DNA of 64,000 nt from Micavibrio sp. (GCA_030824805.1 JAPJRC010000004.1:10355-74354); one strand, 5' to 3'; shown: positions 48,285 to 58,517, numbered from the stretch's first letter. Made by a program: numbers and translations. The notes: generated from the sequence alone by a model not told the origin.

Positions 48285-49875
48285 CTTCTTTTTCCCTCGA
48301 ACTGTTCATATTTATCGCCTCTGCTAGCCACTTCGGCTCAGGAATCCCAAGGCGCTTCATTTCCTCAATTTCGCGACGGCGTTGCTGAAGCACTTCCTGC
48401 CAGTCCTTACCTTGGTCCGCGCATTCGTCTTCAAGGGTAGATATACCCATCTCCATACGCATCTGTGCAGATAGAACCTCTTTGACTGGATCAACCCATC
48501 CACGGCCTTGACCGATCCAGCGAACACGGCAATAAGCAGCTTTCCCCTCATAAAAGCTGACACTTCCTGGAAGTTTGATCTTCTTGCGGGCAACCTGTTC
48601 CTCAAACCAGAGAATGAAAATTGGCGTTGCAAATTTCTCTGCGAAACCGCTCCGTTGCCGCAAGTGGAACTTCCACACTTCCAGTAACGCTGCCCTGGCG
48701 GACGAATAATTCGTGCTGGACCAATCTTGCGAGAGCTGCTCGTAAGAAAGGTTCAAACCAGATGCGATGTTACGCAAACAAGCTTGCTCGAAGGCGCCGA
48801 ACTGCGCTGCTGGTCTTTGCGCGGTTTGAAAACTGAACTTCTCTCCCGGGAAAAGTGTAGGAATTCTGACGCCATCAACTGTCAAACTTTTGCTTTTGTG
48901 GAATTCAGTGCGCAAAGCCTGATATTGACCTACACCGTTACCTCCGCCCAGAGCCTCTTCCATTAGTTCATGATCGAACGGACTCTCAATGAATGCCGCA
49001 AAAACCGCATTCAACAAGGCCGCCTGCAATTCTACGCGGTCATATTTATCAACCATCTTAAGGCGTTCGATAACCGGGGCAAACATGCCCACACCGCGCG
49101 TCTGGTCGGTGCGCTCTTTCTCGTACGCATGGATAACCTGCCGGCGACCAATGGGCTTTATTTCTCTTTCAACGCGGGTCCACGTGTAAGATCCTCTCCC
49201 GAAACGCCAATCATCAGGATGACCGTCTCGGAAATGGTACGCGATAGGTGCACCGCGCGCGTCCAATTCCACACCGGATCGTAACAATTGGGAATCGATG
49301 GCTTTATTCGGGTTTGATAGCCTGTCTGGATCGATCAGTTGAATTGTCGTAGCTGGTCGGCCCTTGGGCTTGTCCTCATCCCAAAGCCCTAAAGCAAGCG
49401 CCTCGCCGTCAATAAGATAGTGCCGGTAGGCCAGCCCTAACAAACCGTTAAATGAATCTTGGCGAGCTGCATCGAGGTAACAGTCAGGATCTTCCGCAGC
49501 AAGTCGCCAAAGCCCTTCCACTTCTTTTGCAAATTCGTCTGCCCACTCAGGGGTAAGTCCGAGCGCTGCATAATCAGGTTTTACAGAAAGTCGAAATCCC
49601 GCACCGATTACGCTATTCAAATGACGCGAGACCGCCCCGGCAGCCCATCCCGAATTCCGATACAAATCACGGCTGCGCGCTACAATCGTATCTCTGTTGG
49701 GCAGATAATCGCCATCTGCGGATTTAAGCAATGGACCCCAGCTGGCCAGCTCTTGGCTGGTTTGATCTGCACCTGTGTAGCTTCGCAAATTGCCATTGTC
49801 CCCCGGCGATGAAGCCGCAGGCACAGAAGCATTTGCTTTCACGCCTTTACTTTTTTTGGGGGATTTTTTTGTCAT
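48277..49875 (-). CDS. portal protein, lambda gpB family
   Basis: 532 aa, at the lambda B position between W and the protease. Confidence 0.85.
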   Translation of the reverse strand: MTKKSPKKSKGVKANASVPAASSPGDNGNLRSYTGADQTSQELASWGPLLKSADGDYLPNRDTIVARSRDLYRNSGWAAGAVSRHLNSVIGAGFRLSVKPDYAALGLTPEWADEFAKEVEGLWRLAAEDPDCYLDAARQDSFNGLLGLAYRHYLIDGEALALGLWDEDKPKGRPATTIQLIDPDRLSNPNKAIDSQLLRSGVELDARGAPIAYHFRDGHPDDWRFGRGSYTWTRVEREIKPIGRRQVIHAYEKERTDQTRGVGMFAPVIERLKMVDKYDRVELQAALLNAVFAAFIESPFDHELMEEALGGGNGVGQYQALRTEFHKSKSLTVDGVRIPTLFPGEKFSFQTAQRPAAQFGAFEQACLRNIASGLNLSYEQLSQDWSSTNYSSARAALLEVWKFHLRQRSGFAEKFATPIFILWFEEQVARKKIKLPGSVSFYEGKAAYCRVRWIGQGRGWVDPVKEVLSAQMRMEMGISTLEDECADQGKDWQEVLQQRRREIEEMKRLGIPEPKWLAEAINMNSSREKEDA

Positions 49876-50100
49876 TTAGAAATGAATCCTAATGGCGCCA
49901 CTACGGCCGCCGCGGCCGTCAGTTTTGATAAGCATTTTAAGATTTGCGATATATGTTTTCAGCTCATTGATATTGGACTTTTCGTATCGCACGGATTTTC
50001 CATCATACGTAACTTCCACGCGCTGCTGACCTGTTATCAGCTTATGGTAAGCAACTTCTGCTTCGGCAAGTTTAAGCTGTAACTCTGCAGTTGTTGCCAT
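49876..50100 (-). CDS. head-tail joining protein gpW
   Basis: 74 aa; resembles lambda W (ELQLKLAEAEVAYHKLITGQQRVEVTYDGKSVRY...ELKTYIANL). Confidence 0.8.
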   Translation of the reverse strand: MATTAELQLKLAEAEVAYHKLITGQQRVEVTYDGKSVRYEKSNINELKTYIANLKMLIKTDGRGGRSGAIRIHF

Positions 50101-50107
50101 GAAACCT

Positions 50108-52102
50108 CTAAGCCAATTGGGAAGCCAGAGAGGGCTTCGTATCTGTTTTTACCGTCACTGCTGTATTGCTTAACATTGTCGCAGGATCCAATAGGTCCAA
50201 CTGAACATCATCCGGTGGACACTCTCGCGTATTACGAAGGGCCTCCCAGTCTTGTTCGGACTTTGTATGCCATCCCAAACGTCTTGCGGCCACTTCAGCG
50301 TACAGCTCCATGTCCAGTATCTCATTCCGGAAGGTCGGTAGTTTTACCCAGATGTAACGCGTTGCTTTAGTCTTTTTGTCGACATCAAGTACACGCGTTT
50401 CGGATGTAAGCTGCTGGAAGTAATTCTCTTCAAGATCCTTAGGAAAGCCACAATATCCCTTTTCCAAAGGGTCTTTCTTATCAAGATTTTTATAAAGGCT
50501 GCCCTTAAGACCTGAAACACCCACAAGCCAGTGACGTTTTTGATGTCTGTTGACCCTCTTCCCGTTATTGCGGCGTTCTTCCTGGACGGGAACCATAGGA
50601 GGGGCAGTGTATTCTTTTGCACCTTTAATGGTAATTACGCGGCTTTCTGGATGCTTTTTAGCCCAGGTCTTAACATCATTCGTTTCAAAGTTTGCATCGA
50701 TCGCAAGCATGTCGAGTCCGATTTGTCTGCCAAACCGGTTTCGCCATTTACGATTCAGCAAACCATCAAGCTGTTTTTGCACTAGTTCGGAAGAGATGTG
50801 TCCTTCAATGACGCCATGTTGAATGGTGAAACGTTGAAGATTGGGGCCCCAACCTTTCACATTCCACTCAACGCGATCGCCTTGCACGTCCAATCCGGCA
50901 GTCAAAATTAAGGCATTTATTGGAACAGTACCGACTTCGTAATCGGATCCGGCCGCGCGTTCGTACAACTCCTTCCAAGGTGGCGCTTCCCCTTTTTGCT
51001 CATAGGGAAGACCAACCGTATCGGTCATAAAGGTTTTTTCTTTTTCTGGGTCCCCGAGAGCCTTAAAATACTCCTCGGCTATGTAAGCCCAGCTGGTCAG
51101 CCTGCTGTAGGCACACCAAATATAGAAACCTTCAACCTTACTGCTGGAATTTTCAGCAACCCAGGCATCATACGCCAGAGTTTGATCAAGCATCCATTCT
51201 TTGTGATGGTGCTCGATAACATGACCACAAGCTGGACAATGAAAATGCGCCTCGGAAAATTCCATGCCCTCGTACAAGGACTTCTTAAAATTCTCCCATT
51301 CCAAAGCATGTTTATGGCCGCAGCCGGGGCAAGGGACATGATATTTTTGCTGGTTCGATCGCTTGTAGTTTTTATCGATCTTGCAAACGCCAAGAATGCT
51401 CGGCGTGCTTACCTTGAAAATCTTCGCCCAATCACCAAAACCTTGCGACCGTTTATCGGCCTGACCCTCGGAATCGCCATGCTCGTTGTCTTCCCATTTG
51501 GAAAGATCGTCTTGCACCTGCCTTGGAACCGAGAGCATGGCCAGTGATGCGGCTGAGTTAGCACCGCTGACGACCATTACCCCACGCGAGTCTGCCCGTT
51601 CCTTTACCAGAAGCGTATTCGATGCATCTCTGCTACGGACCTCTCCGGGAAAAATCTTCCGCAAAGAAGGCGACTGCGTAACAAACGGCTTCCACTTTGT
51701 CCTCACCCAGCGCGCAGCATTCTCCAATGAGGGATGCGTGTACATAAACGGGCAGGGATCTAGATCAATGCTCGCTCCGACAAAAACCTGCGCACAAACT
51801 GTTTTACCAACCTGCGCCGAACCCATCAAAATAACTTCGCGGGCCGGATGAGAAGGCTCCAGACATCTCAAAGGTTTTTTGAAGAATGGAAAGAGGTCTG
51901 AGTTGAAAGCGCCCTGAAATTGGCTTTCTGCGCCAAAGAAAACGTTCTTTTGTGCCCACTCGAGAAAATCAATCGGTGGCGTGGGCTCTAACGCCTTAGC
52001 AAAAGCCGCGTATATTACCTCCTGTGCGTTGGCGAGCCCGTCAATGTGTTGTGACGGAACCTCCGGTGTCTTCAAGGGTTGGTAGTCTTCGCAAAAAATC
52101 AT
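50108..52102 (-). CDS. terminase large subunit, lambda gpA family
   Basis: 664 aa, Walker A GSAQVGKT, gpA-like nuclease region. Confidence 0.9.
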   Translation of the reverse strand: MIFCEDYQPLKTPEVPSQHIDGLANAQEVIYAAFAKALEPTPPIDFLEWAQKNVFFGAESQFQGAFNSDLFPFFKKPLRCLEPSHPAREVILMGSAQVGKTVCAQVFVGASIDLDPCPFMYTHPSLENAARWVRTKWKPFVTQSPSLRKIFPGEVRSRDASNTLLVKERADSRGVMVVSGANSAASLAMLSVPRQVQDDLSKWEDNEHGDSEGQADKRSQGFGDWAKIFKVSTPSILGVCKIDKNYKRSNQQKYHVPCPGCGHKHALEWENFKKSLYEGMEFSEAHFHCPACGHVIEHHHKEWMLDQTLAYDAWVAENSSSKVEGFYIWCAYSRLTSWAYIAEEYFKALGDPEKEKTFMTDTVGLPYEQKGEAPPWKELYERAAGSDYEVGTVPINALILTAGLDVQGDRVEWNVKGWGPNLQRFTIQHGVIEGHISSELVQKQLDGLLNRKWRNRFGRQIGLDMLAIDANFETNDVKTWAKKHPESRVITIKGAKEYTAPPMVPVQEERRNNGKRVNRHQKRHWLVGVSGLKGSLYKNLDKKDPLEKGYCGFPKDLEENYFQQLTSETRVLDVDKKTKATRYIWVKLPTFRNEILDMELYAEVAARRLGWHTKSEQDWEALRNTRECPPDDVQLDLLDPATMLSNTAVTVKTDTKPSLASQLA

Positions 52103-52628
52103 TGCTCATTTGTTTTAGCAGCTTGGAGTTTTCCTCATCTATGACTGCCCGGATCTCACGAACATCTGTCATTGTTGAAAATTTCTCTGCAAGCCGGCGT
52201 GAATTACTTTTAAGCTGATCGCGCAGTATTTGTCCTGCGGCGGACACCGCCTTTGTGACGTCTGGCTTTGCAAGGGTGTCCCCCTTGCGGTGTGCAAGAT
52301 CGAGCTTTTCGTTCTCTAGCTTCGTTTTTTCGCGGTCTGTGCGAACAGCTTCAAAAGTGCCCACATTCGATGCAGGCCTATCGGATGCAGGCTTACCAGA
52401 TCCGCTCATATGCGACATGCTCCTGGAAGGATCGCGGGCATTCCGCAATATCTCGTCAGCCAGGTCAGCATCGATTTTTAAGACGCCGTCGCTGTCCGCC
52501 CTCATGGCAGGCTCCAACCGTGTCTTCATCTGGCCTTTCGACAGGTAGGCTTTGGAAACCTTCTTGTATTTTCCATCGTCCTGAAGAATGCCACGCGCGG
52601 CATATTCCGCCTTGGTCATCAAGGCCAT
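52041..52628 (-). CDS. terminase small subunit (putative)
   Basis: 195-aa basic protein overlapping the terminase start. Confidence 0.55.
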   Translation of the reverse strand: MALMTKAEYAARGILQDDGKYKKVSKAYLSKGQMKTRLEPAMRADSDGVLKIDADLADEILRNARDPSRSMSHMSGSGKPASDRPASNVGTFEAVRTDREKTKLENEKLDLAHRKGDTLAKPDVTKAVSAAGQILRDQLKSNSRRLAEKFSTMTDVREIRAVIDEENSKLLKQMSNDFLRRLPTLEDTGGSVTTH

Positions 52629-52629
52629 G

Positions 52630-52872
52630 TTATTTTCTGGCCTTCAACGGATAGCAACCAAAACAGGTGCAATTATCGCGATGCGACTGTTTCTTGGCGG
52701 TTACGAACTGTCCGGTTTCCTTGTCGCGATGATCGTTCTTCCGCGCCTTCTCCAGATCCGCCTGTGCTTTGGCTAACCGGTCGCGCAGCAGACTGTTTTC
52801 AGTTCGGCACCCAACCGTTTCGGCGATAGCTTTTTCATACGTTCTACGTGAGACAAATGGAAACACAAACAT
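52630..52872 (-). CDS. small hypothetical protein upstream of the terminase genes
   Basis: 80-aa basic ORF with C-terminal CTCFGC; 2-bp gap to terS. Confidence 0.35.
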   Translation of the reverse strand: MFVFPFVSRRTYEKAIAETVGCRTENSLLRDRLAKAQADLEKARKNDHRDKETGQFVTAKKQSHRDNCTCFGCYPLKARK

Positions 52873-53924
52873 TCATTCCTCCAAATGCATTTCAGGACGT
52901 AGGTAGGGAGCCTTGTACAGGTAATCCTGCTGGTCAGAAGTCCAAAATATGACCGTCTTATGCGATTGTCGCCGCCCAGTGCGCTTCTGCTTTGCACAGT
53001 GTTCGAAACACCACCCGTCCATGACTGTTGTCTGCCCCCTGGCCTCAATGGCACTATTGGCTCACAGGTTTCACGACAACAGACAAAGAAGAATTGCGTG
53101 TCTTTCCAAGCCGTCATCACGATGTCGCGTTAGCCAGCATCGGAGCCAGCGTCCCGGTACCTTTCCCGGTTGTCAACGGAACATTTCCCCGCCCAGTCAG
53201 CTTTGGAGCTAGCAACTGACTACCCCCAGATGGCATCCCTCCGAATCTATGCGCTCTCAGCCATCCGTCGGTTCCGGAAAAGCGCATACGAGTTTTAGAA
53301 CGAGGCAGGGCTTGATACCTGCTGAAACTGGCACACCTACCAATCCGGATAAGGTAGGTGCTTGGTCTGGTTTGCGCCGTTGACCCGCGCCGAATACGAG
53401 TGCGGACCAGACTTGTTTCGCTGCGTTAGTCAAAGGGGGCTTCTCTCGATCATCCCCACTATTCCAGTTGCGTTTCCTTCAACGCCGCCCGTCCATGTGT
53501 GCCGTGTTCTGGTTATCAGCAATGGCCGGACGATACCGATACCAAATCTACGAACCATAGGCACGACATACAAAGAAGGATTGCTGTCTCTCCAGCTGTC
53601 ACACCAATCTGATGTTTGACGATACCTGCGCCGATATCGAAGCCTACCGGATCTTCTCCTGAATTAACGCTGCGCTAACTCGCTCACCAAAAATCTTTCG
53701 CAGGGCAACTTTAGAAGACACTACAGAATCTTTTTCATGACAGCCTCCATTGCAAGACTGTGAGTAAACGGTAAACCTCAATTTCATTCTATCAGGTTGA
53801 TAAATTTACGGTTTACCAACCAATCCGGTTAACTCGGTTAACCTCGATTTTAAACCCATTGACTAGAAAACCCCTGCGCGTCGCCGCCCCGCATGCCTAC
53901 CAGAAGGGGGAAGGACCCGTGAAA

Positions 53925-53949
53925 GCCGCAGAAATCTGCGGTTTCTTCT
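53925..53949 (+). terminator. plus-strand hairpin plus T-tract inside the non-coding region
   Basis: GCCGCAG-AAAT-CTGCGGT followed by TTCTTCT. Confidence 0.4.
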
Positions 53950-54117
53950 AGGCTAGGTCGAGGCGGGGAGCGATGCGCAGGGCGTACAGAATCCATAACA
54001 TGACAAAATGCATGCAGGGTGTACGTAGTTGAGGGGAAAGAGAGAGAAATGAAAAAGAGGTGGCCACCGGCACACCTCTTACGAATAAATAATCTATGTC
54101 ATTTCGTGCATGCACGG

Positions 54118-54825
54118 TCAACTATTTTCTTTGTCGATGATGACGTAGCCTTTGTCGGGTGTCGTGTGATCATCTGACGCTATGCCAACCATCGCAGAAC
54201 TCCGCCGTTTTCCTTGGAGCATCCGTTTGTAGTCTTCACCCATTAACTCGAGAGCAGCCTGTACCGTGCCAGTCCAGTAGTCACGAGATTGCGTCCCCAT
54301 TTGATTCGCAAGCGATTTGATATCCCTCTTGAAGCCCACGATATGGACCACCGCAAGAGACATACGCGAAGTCGGGCCACCCAATGCCTTAATGGTAGTA
54401 TGCACGTAATTGCGAGCGTCAGCACTGCGTGTGAGAATATCCTCTATGCCCACACCGCCACCGTGTGTGCCAACCAGATTGGTGGTACGGCAGCGGTCAT
54501 ACCCACATCGTTCGAAATCATCACCGAACGCTCTGCCTGCGTGATATGCGTTGTCCGTGATAACGCCTGCCTCGCGCCACCTGTCCAGCTGATCCTTCAC
54601 ACGATTGCCTTGATCGTTAGCACCGAATGTGGCCCTGACCGTTTCGCGAACGATGGGAGCCTTGGCGTTACCGAAACGCGACACCGGCACACCGTACCGC
54701 GGATCCCTGATATATTCCTCATGGTCGTTCTGGAAGCGTGCCAGCTGGGCCATAAAGCCCAGGCTATGGGCCGCCTGTTTCAAAGATTTCCCAACAACAC
54801 TCACGGCTTGCTCGAGCGTTCTCAT
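54118..54825 (-). CDS. phage hypothetical protein (replication/late-regulation module)
   Basis: Start MRTLEQAV with RBS GGAGGTG; no motif recognised. Confidence 0.6.
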   Translation of the reverse strand: MRTLEQAVSVVGKSLKQAAHSLGFMAQLARFQNDHEEYIRDPRYGVPVSRFGNAKAPIVRETVRATFGANDQGNRVKDQLDRWREAGVITDNAYHAGRAFGDDFERCGYDRCRTTNLVGTHGGGVGIEDILTRSADARNYVHTTIKALGGPTSRMSLAVVHIVGFKRDIKSLANQMGTQSRDYWTGTVQAALELMGEDYKRMLQGKRRSSAMVGIASDDHTTPDKGYVIIDKENS

Positions 54826-55571
54826 GCCACACCTCCGAGGCGTTGCACTTTCGCCGCATGACGGTTGCGCAGGTGGCGTTCGGTCGAGATAAACCAGTTC
54901 CGATGCGCAGTGGCATCCTGCGTGTCCAACCATTTGCCGCGTGCTACCAGTTCCGCATCAAGCTCATCTTCAGAAAACTCTGGGAATTTAGCCCGCCAGG
55001 CTTGGTAATCCCGCTTGGCAAGACGAATGCAGCCCTGCTGGAAGTAGTAATCTTCAGCTGATTTTGAACCGGATATATATATATTATTTATATTTTTCTT
55101 TTTTGGTTCTTTTTTCTTTTTATCCGGCGATCGGTTGTAATTTCTTGAAGCCACTGATTTTTCAAACGAAATTACATCCCCTGTATTTTGTTTAAACAAA
55201 TCGCCCGATATCGTGCTGCCACGCAACTTGGGGTTACCCCCGCCAGCCTTGGCCACGCGGCTACGTGTCGCGGAAAGCTCGGACGCCTGGCGGATCTCAG
55301 GATCAAAATACGCACCACTCTCCCCGTCACGCTCCAGCAACTCGAGGCCGCAAAGATCATTCAGGATACGCGCTACGACCCCTTCATCCAGCCTGCACAG
55401 ATCGGCCACAAAGGTTGCAGTGCAATCCCGCTGGCCGACTCGCAACCACCCACCCGATCCGATTGCTATCATGCGCAGCTTGAACAATACCAGTTCAGCA
55501 ATGTGATCCAGCGCACAGATGCGAAGATCCCCCATCCACTCTGTCGGGTCGATGGTTAATTTACGTTTCAT
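54822..55571 (-). CDS. phage replication-associated protein (DUF1376-like)
   Basis: 249 aa immediately downstream of dnaB with a Lys-rich linker. Confidence 0.5.
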   Translation of the reverse strand: MKRKLTIDPTEWMGDLRICALDHIAELVLFKLRMIAIGSGGWLRVGQRDCTATFVADLCRLDEGVVARILNDLCGLELLERDGESGAYFDPEIRQASELSATRSRVAKAGGGNPKLRGSTISGDLFKQNTGDVISFEKSVASRNYNRSPDKKKKEPKKKNINNIYISGSKSAEDYYFQQGCIRLAKRDYQAWRAKFPEFSEDELDAELVARGKWLDTQDATAHRNWFISTERHLRNRHAAKVQRLGGVA

Positions 55572-55582
55572 CCGTTCTCTCC

Positions 55583-57004
55583 TTACGGTTGGTTATGATT
55601 TTCGTCGTAGAAATATTGACGCACCCCATCAAAGCGACATCGTACGGATGCAATCTCGCCTTGGCGGAATTTGCCAATAATAATTTCAGCTGCGCCCTCT
55701 TCCGCATGAACAAGCTCTGTCCATGCCTGATATCGGTCGTTGAATTTGTCCTGACTTTCGCTGGCGCGACGGTGTGGCTCTTCCTTTTTAAGGTAGTACT
55801 CCGGCCGGTATGGGAACATGATCAAGTCAGCGTCTTGTTCTATGGCGCCGGAATCGCGCAGGTCGGCGAGCGAGGGTCGCTTATCTTCACGGTTCTCAAC
55901 GCTGCGGCTAAGCTGGCACAACAATGCAACGTGAACATTCAGCTCTTTTGCCATTGCCTTCAGACGTTGCGTAATCTCTTCGAGCTGATGCACTTTGTTG
56001 GCGTTGTTGTTTGTGGGCCTGATAAGCCCAAGATAATCGACAACAACCATATCCAATCCGCCATATCGTCGTTTCATTCGCTTGGCACGGGAAGCAATTT
56101 GCCCTGCTGTAAGCGACCCAGTTTCATCTAGCAAGACAGGCAATTTTTTTAGCTCTTGTTGTGCCTGACGCAACGCCACCATATGCTCAGGGGACAGCGC
56201 CTTGGTCCTGCGCATCATGCCCATGGGAAGGCCCGTTTTACGCGCGAGAAAACGAAGGCCAAGTTGTGCATTCTGCATCTCCAGCGATTGGAACAGCACC
56301 CTATGCCCCGCACGCGCTGCATTGACGGAAATGCTCAAAGCCAGAGCGGTCTTGCCCATCGATGGGCGCGCCGCAATGATGCTCAGCTCTCCGCGTTCAA
56401 ATCCGCAAATTTTTTCGTCGAGCGCTGCTATGCCGGAAGCAATGCCGGTGACTTCCCCGCGTTGCGCACGATCGATCATATCCATTGTTTGTTCAAGCCC
56501 GTCCCCAAGCTCAACGGCTTCCTTTTCCGCCGCGCCGCGATCTGAAAGCGCATAGATCAATGTCTCCGCCTCGGACACGATGTCCCGTGTTGGTCGATCA
56601 ATTTCGTAATTCTGCGCTTGATCGATCATAGCGAAAGCGGTGGTGATAATATTTCTGCGCGTATAATAATCGACAAGCTGTCGTGCATAATCACGGGCGG
56701 AATTGAGACGCGGCACGTATGTCGCCAGATCCACGATATATTTTCCGCCGCCCACGGAATCCAGCGCACCGTCTGCCTCGAAATACTTTCGCACCGTCAT
56801 GGCTGCCGCGTCACCTGTGGCGGCATAGCTTTTGACGATCACATCATAAATCTTACCATGTGTTGGATGGGAGAAGTGCTCTGCGCGCACATGTTCTGCT
56901 ACAGCTTCGATCTGCCGGTTATCGAGCATCATCATGCCCAGCAAGCCATGCTCACAGTCCAAATTATGCGGCAAATGTTCGCTATCAATTCTTGTCATTA
57001 CCAC
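55583..57004 (-). CDS. dnaB: replicative DNA helicase, DnaB family
   Basis: N-terminal DnaB domain (LPHNLDCEHGLLGMMM), RecA core with Walker A (ARPSMGKTALAL), Walker B LVVVDYLGLI. Confidence 0.95.
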   Translation of the reverse strand: MVMTRIDSEHLPHNLDCEHGLLGMMMLDNRQIEAVAEHVRAEHFSHPTHGKIYDVIVKSYAATGDAAAMTVRKYFEADGALDSVGGGKYIVDLATYVPRLNSARDYARQLVDYYTRRNIITTAFAMIDQAQNYEIDRPTRDIVSEAETLIYALSDRGAAEKEAVELGDGLEQTMDMIDRAQRGEVTGIASGIAALDEKICGFERGELSIIAARPSMGKTALALSISVNAARAGHRVLFQSLEMQNAQLGLRFLARKTGLPMGMMRRTKALSPEHMVALRQAQQELKKLPVLLDETGSLTAGQIASRAKRMKRRYGGLDMVVVDYLGLIRPTNNNANKVHQLEEITQRLKAMAKELNVHVALLCQLSRSVENREDKRPSLADLRDSGAIEQDADLIMFPYRPEYYLKKEEPHRRASESQDKFNDRYQAWTELVHAEEGAAEIIIGKFRQGEIASVRCRFDGVRQYFYDENHNQP

Positions 57005-57441
57005 ATTTTCCCATTCGGCATGACATGCGTTTGCTTAACTTTGACGATCTTGCGGCTGACGACAGGAACATGCTCGGCGCAGTATGTTTTCCCACGCTCT
57101 GTACGCTCACCACAGAAACCAAAACCCGGCTCGCCGGGGGAACCAAATGAGTAACGACACATGCATGGTCCAAGGTCCAGCAATGATGTCAATGCTTCGG
57201 GACGAAATGGGGGTTTCAGCGGTATCTTTCTCCTTTTCTGGCAAGTCTTTCCATTACTGCCGGGCTTGTTGCCGCGCGCGCGCGGTTCAGTCACCGTTTT
57301 TAGTTTTAGACGATGCACCTTCCCCATTATCGCGCTGCGCGTTTTTCCCATCAGTTGGACAATCTCGGGCGACGTTTTCCCAGCGCTCCATAGCGCTTTC
57401 AATGTTTCTATTTCTTCATCAGTCCAAGAGTTGCTCTTCAT
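56998..57441 (-). CDS. gcrA: GcrA cell-cycle regulator family protein (phage-encoded)
   Basis: N-terminal WTDEEIETLKALWSAGKTSPEIVQLMGKTRSAIMGKVHRLKL and C-terminal Cys-containing GcrA domain (CQ..PL....FCG....YC.EH). Confidence 0.8.
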   Translation of the reverse strand: MKSNSWTDEEIETLKALWSAGKTSPEIVQLMGKTRSAIMGKVHRLKLKTVTEPRARGNKPGSNGKTCQKRRKIPLKPPFRPEALTSLLDLGPCMCRYSFGSPGEPGFGFCGERTERGKTYCAEHVPVVSRKIVKVKQTHVMPNGKMW

Positions 57442-58073
57442 GCGCGGCCCCTTGACGATGGGCTTTGTTTAAACGTGGGTTCGCCAACACGCGCAGGAAT
57501 ACGCATCACACCCCCGATGACTTCCGGACGAACGCCTGTATAATTTTCTCCCGAAGCATTCAATATTGGCTCATAGTGCCCCCACCCTTTGTCTTTGTGC
57601 ACTTTACGGGCGTAACCTTTTGACACCAAAGCGATCATGGAATCACGAATGCCTGCGGCGTCCCTGTGCACTCTTTCCGCTATCATCGATAGTCCGATAT
57701 CTTTTAGGCACGATTCCCAGCAGTTGATCAGCGCAATAAGGCATTGCTCTTGCAGGTTTGGTAATTTCGCTCTCTTGGATATTATTGGCTCAAGCAGTTT
57801 TGACGACGCATAGCCTAGAACATCCTCGACATACGAAACATAAGATCGATCCTCGCGACCTGCAGGCTTTCCGCCATCCACGCTCGCGCTTGGGCTTTTT
57901 TCTGCGGTAACAACAACAATTTCTTCCGGAGAAACAAGGAAAGCTTGGTTATCGGAAGAGCATCCACTTTGCAAAAAATTTAAGATTTTTTCTGCATTTT
58001 CAACAACGGTATCGGACTGCATCTTCAATGCCGCCTCAACACACCATTTTCGCAATTCTAAAGTGTCGCTCAT
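57438..58073 (-). CDS. phage hypothetical protein
   Basis: 211-aa ORF, 4-bp overlaps on both sides. Confidence 0.55.
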   Translation of the reverse strand: MSDTLELRKWCVEAALKMQSDTVVENAEKILNFLQSGCSSDNQAFLVSPEEIVVVTAEKSPSASVDGGKPAGREDRSYVSYVEDVLGYASSKLLEPIISKRAKLPNLQEQCLIALINCWESCLKDIGLSMIAERVHRDAAGIRDSMIALVSKGYARKVHKDKGWGHYEPILNASGENYTGVRPEVIGGVMRIPARVGEPTFKQSPSSRGRA

Positions 58074-58426
58074 GCATGCACCTGAAGCAGGCGCTTGCGC
58101 CCATCATCACTGGTTATACCTGCCAGCGCTTGATAAAGTTCAGCTCCTCGCGGCACACGCATGAATACAAGCTTCGCTTTCGGATTGCTGACATAAGGCT
58201 CACCGTCCGAAAATTTTAACGGCTTGAGCTCTACATTTTTTTTGTCATACCGGATTTGCTCCACGAAGCCTTTGGATTCCAGTTCTTTCACGATGGCGCT
58301 GACCCGTTGGCTGCATATGCCAGTTTTTACTACAACATCGTTCTGTTTGATCTCATCCGAACGCTCATCCCATAAAGAGATGATTGCATCAAGAACCTTT
58401 CTTTGTGAATATTTGAGCTCTCTCAT
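58070..58426 (-). CDS. winged-helix (MarR-like) DNA-binding protein
   Basis: SQRKVLDAIISLW...NDVVVKTGICSQRVSAIVKELESKGFVEQ. Confidence 0.6.
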   Translation of the reverse strand: MRELKYSQRKVLDAIISLWDERSDEIKQNDVVVKTGICSQRVSAIVKELESKGFVEQIRYDKKNVELKPLKFSDGEPYVSNPKAKLVFMRVPRGAELYQALAGITSDDGRKRLLQVHA

Positions 58427-58517
58427 AAATCCCCTTGTTTGGCATACGCCAAATTATTTTATTGACAGACAAAGAAAACACAGTAAAACGCGGATAGTTA
58501 TGACCACGGAAACCCCG

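Noticed and set aside
52773-53120. 115-aa Cys-rich ORF in the non-coding region upstream of the terminase genes
   Set aside because: Composition is atypical (CC, WTGG, many rare codons), it has no RBS, and it overlaps the better small ORF; the region is treated as non-coding or regulatory
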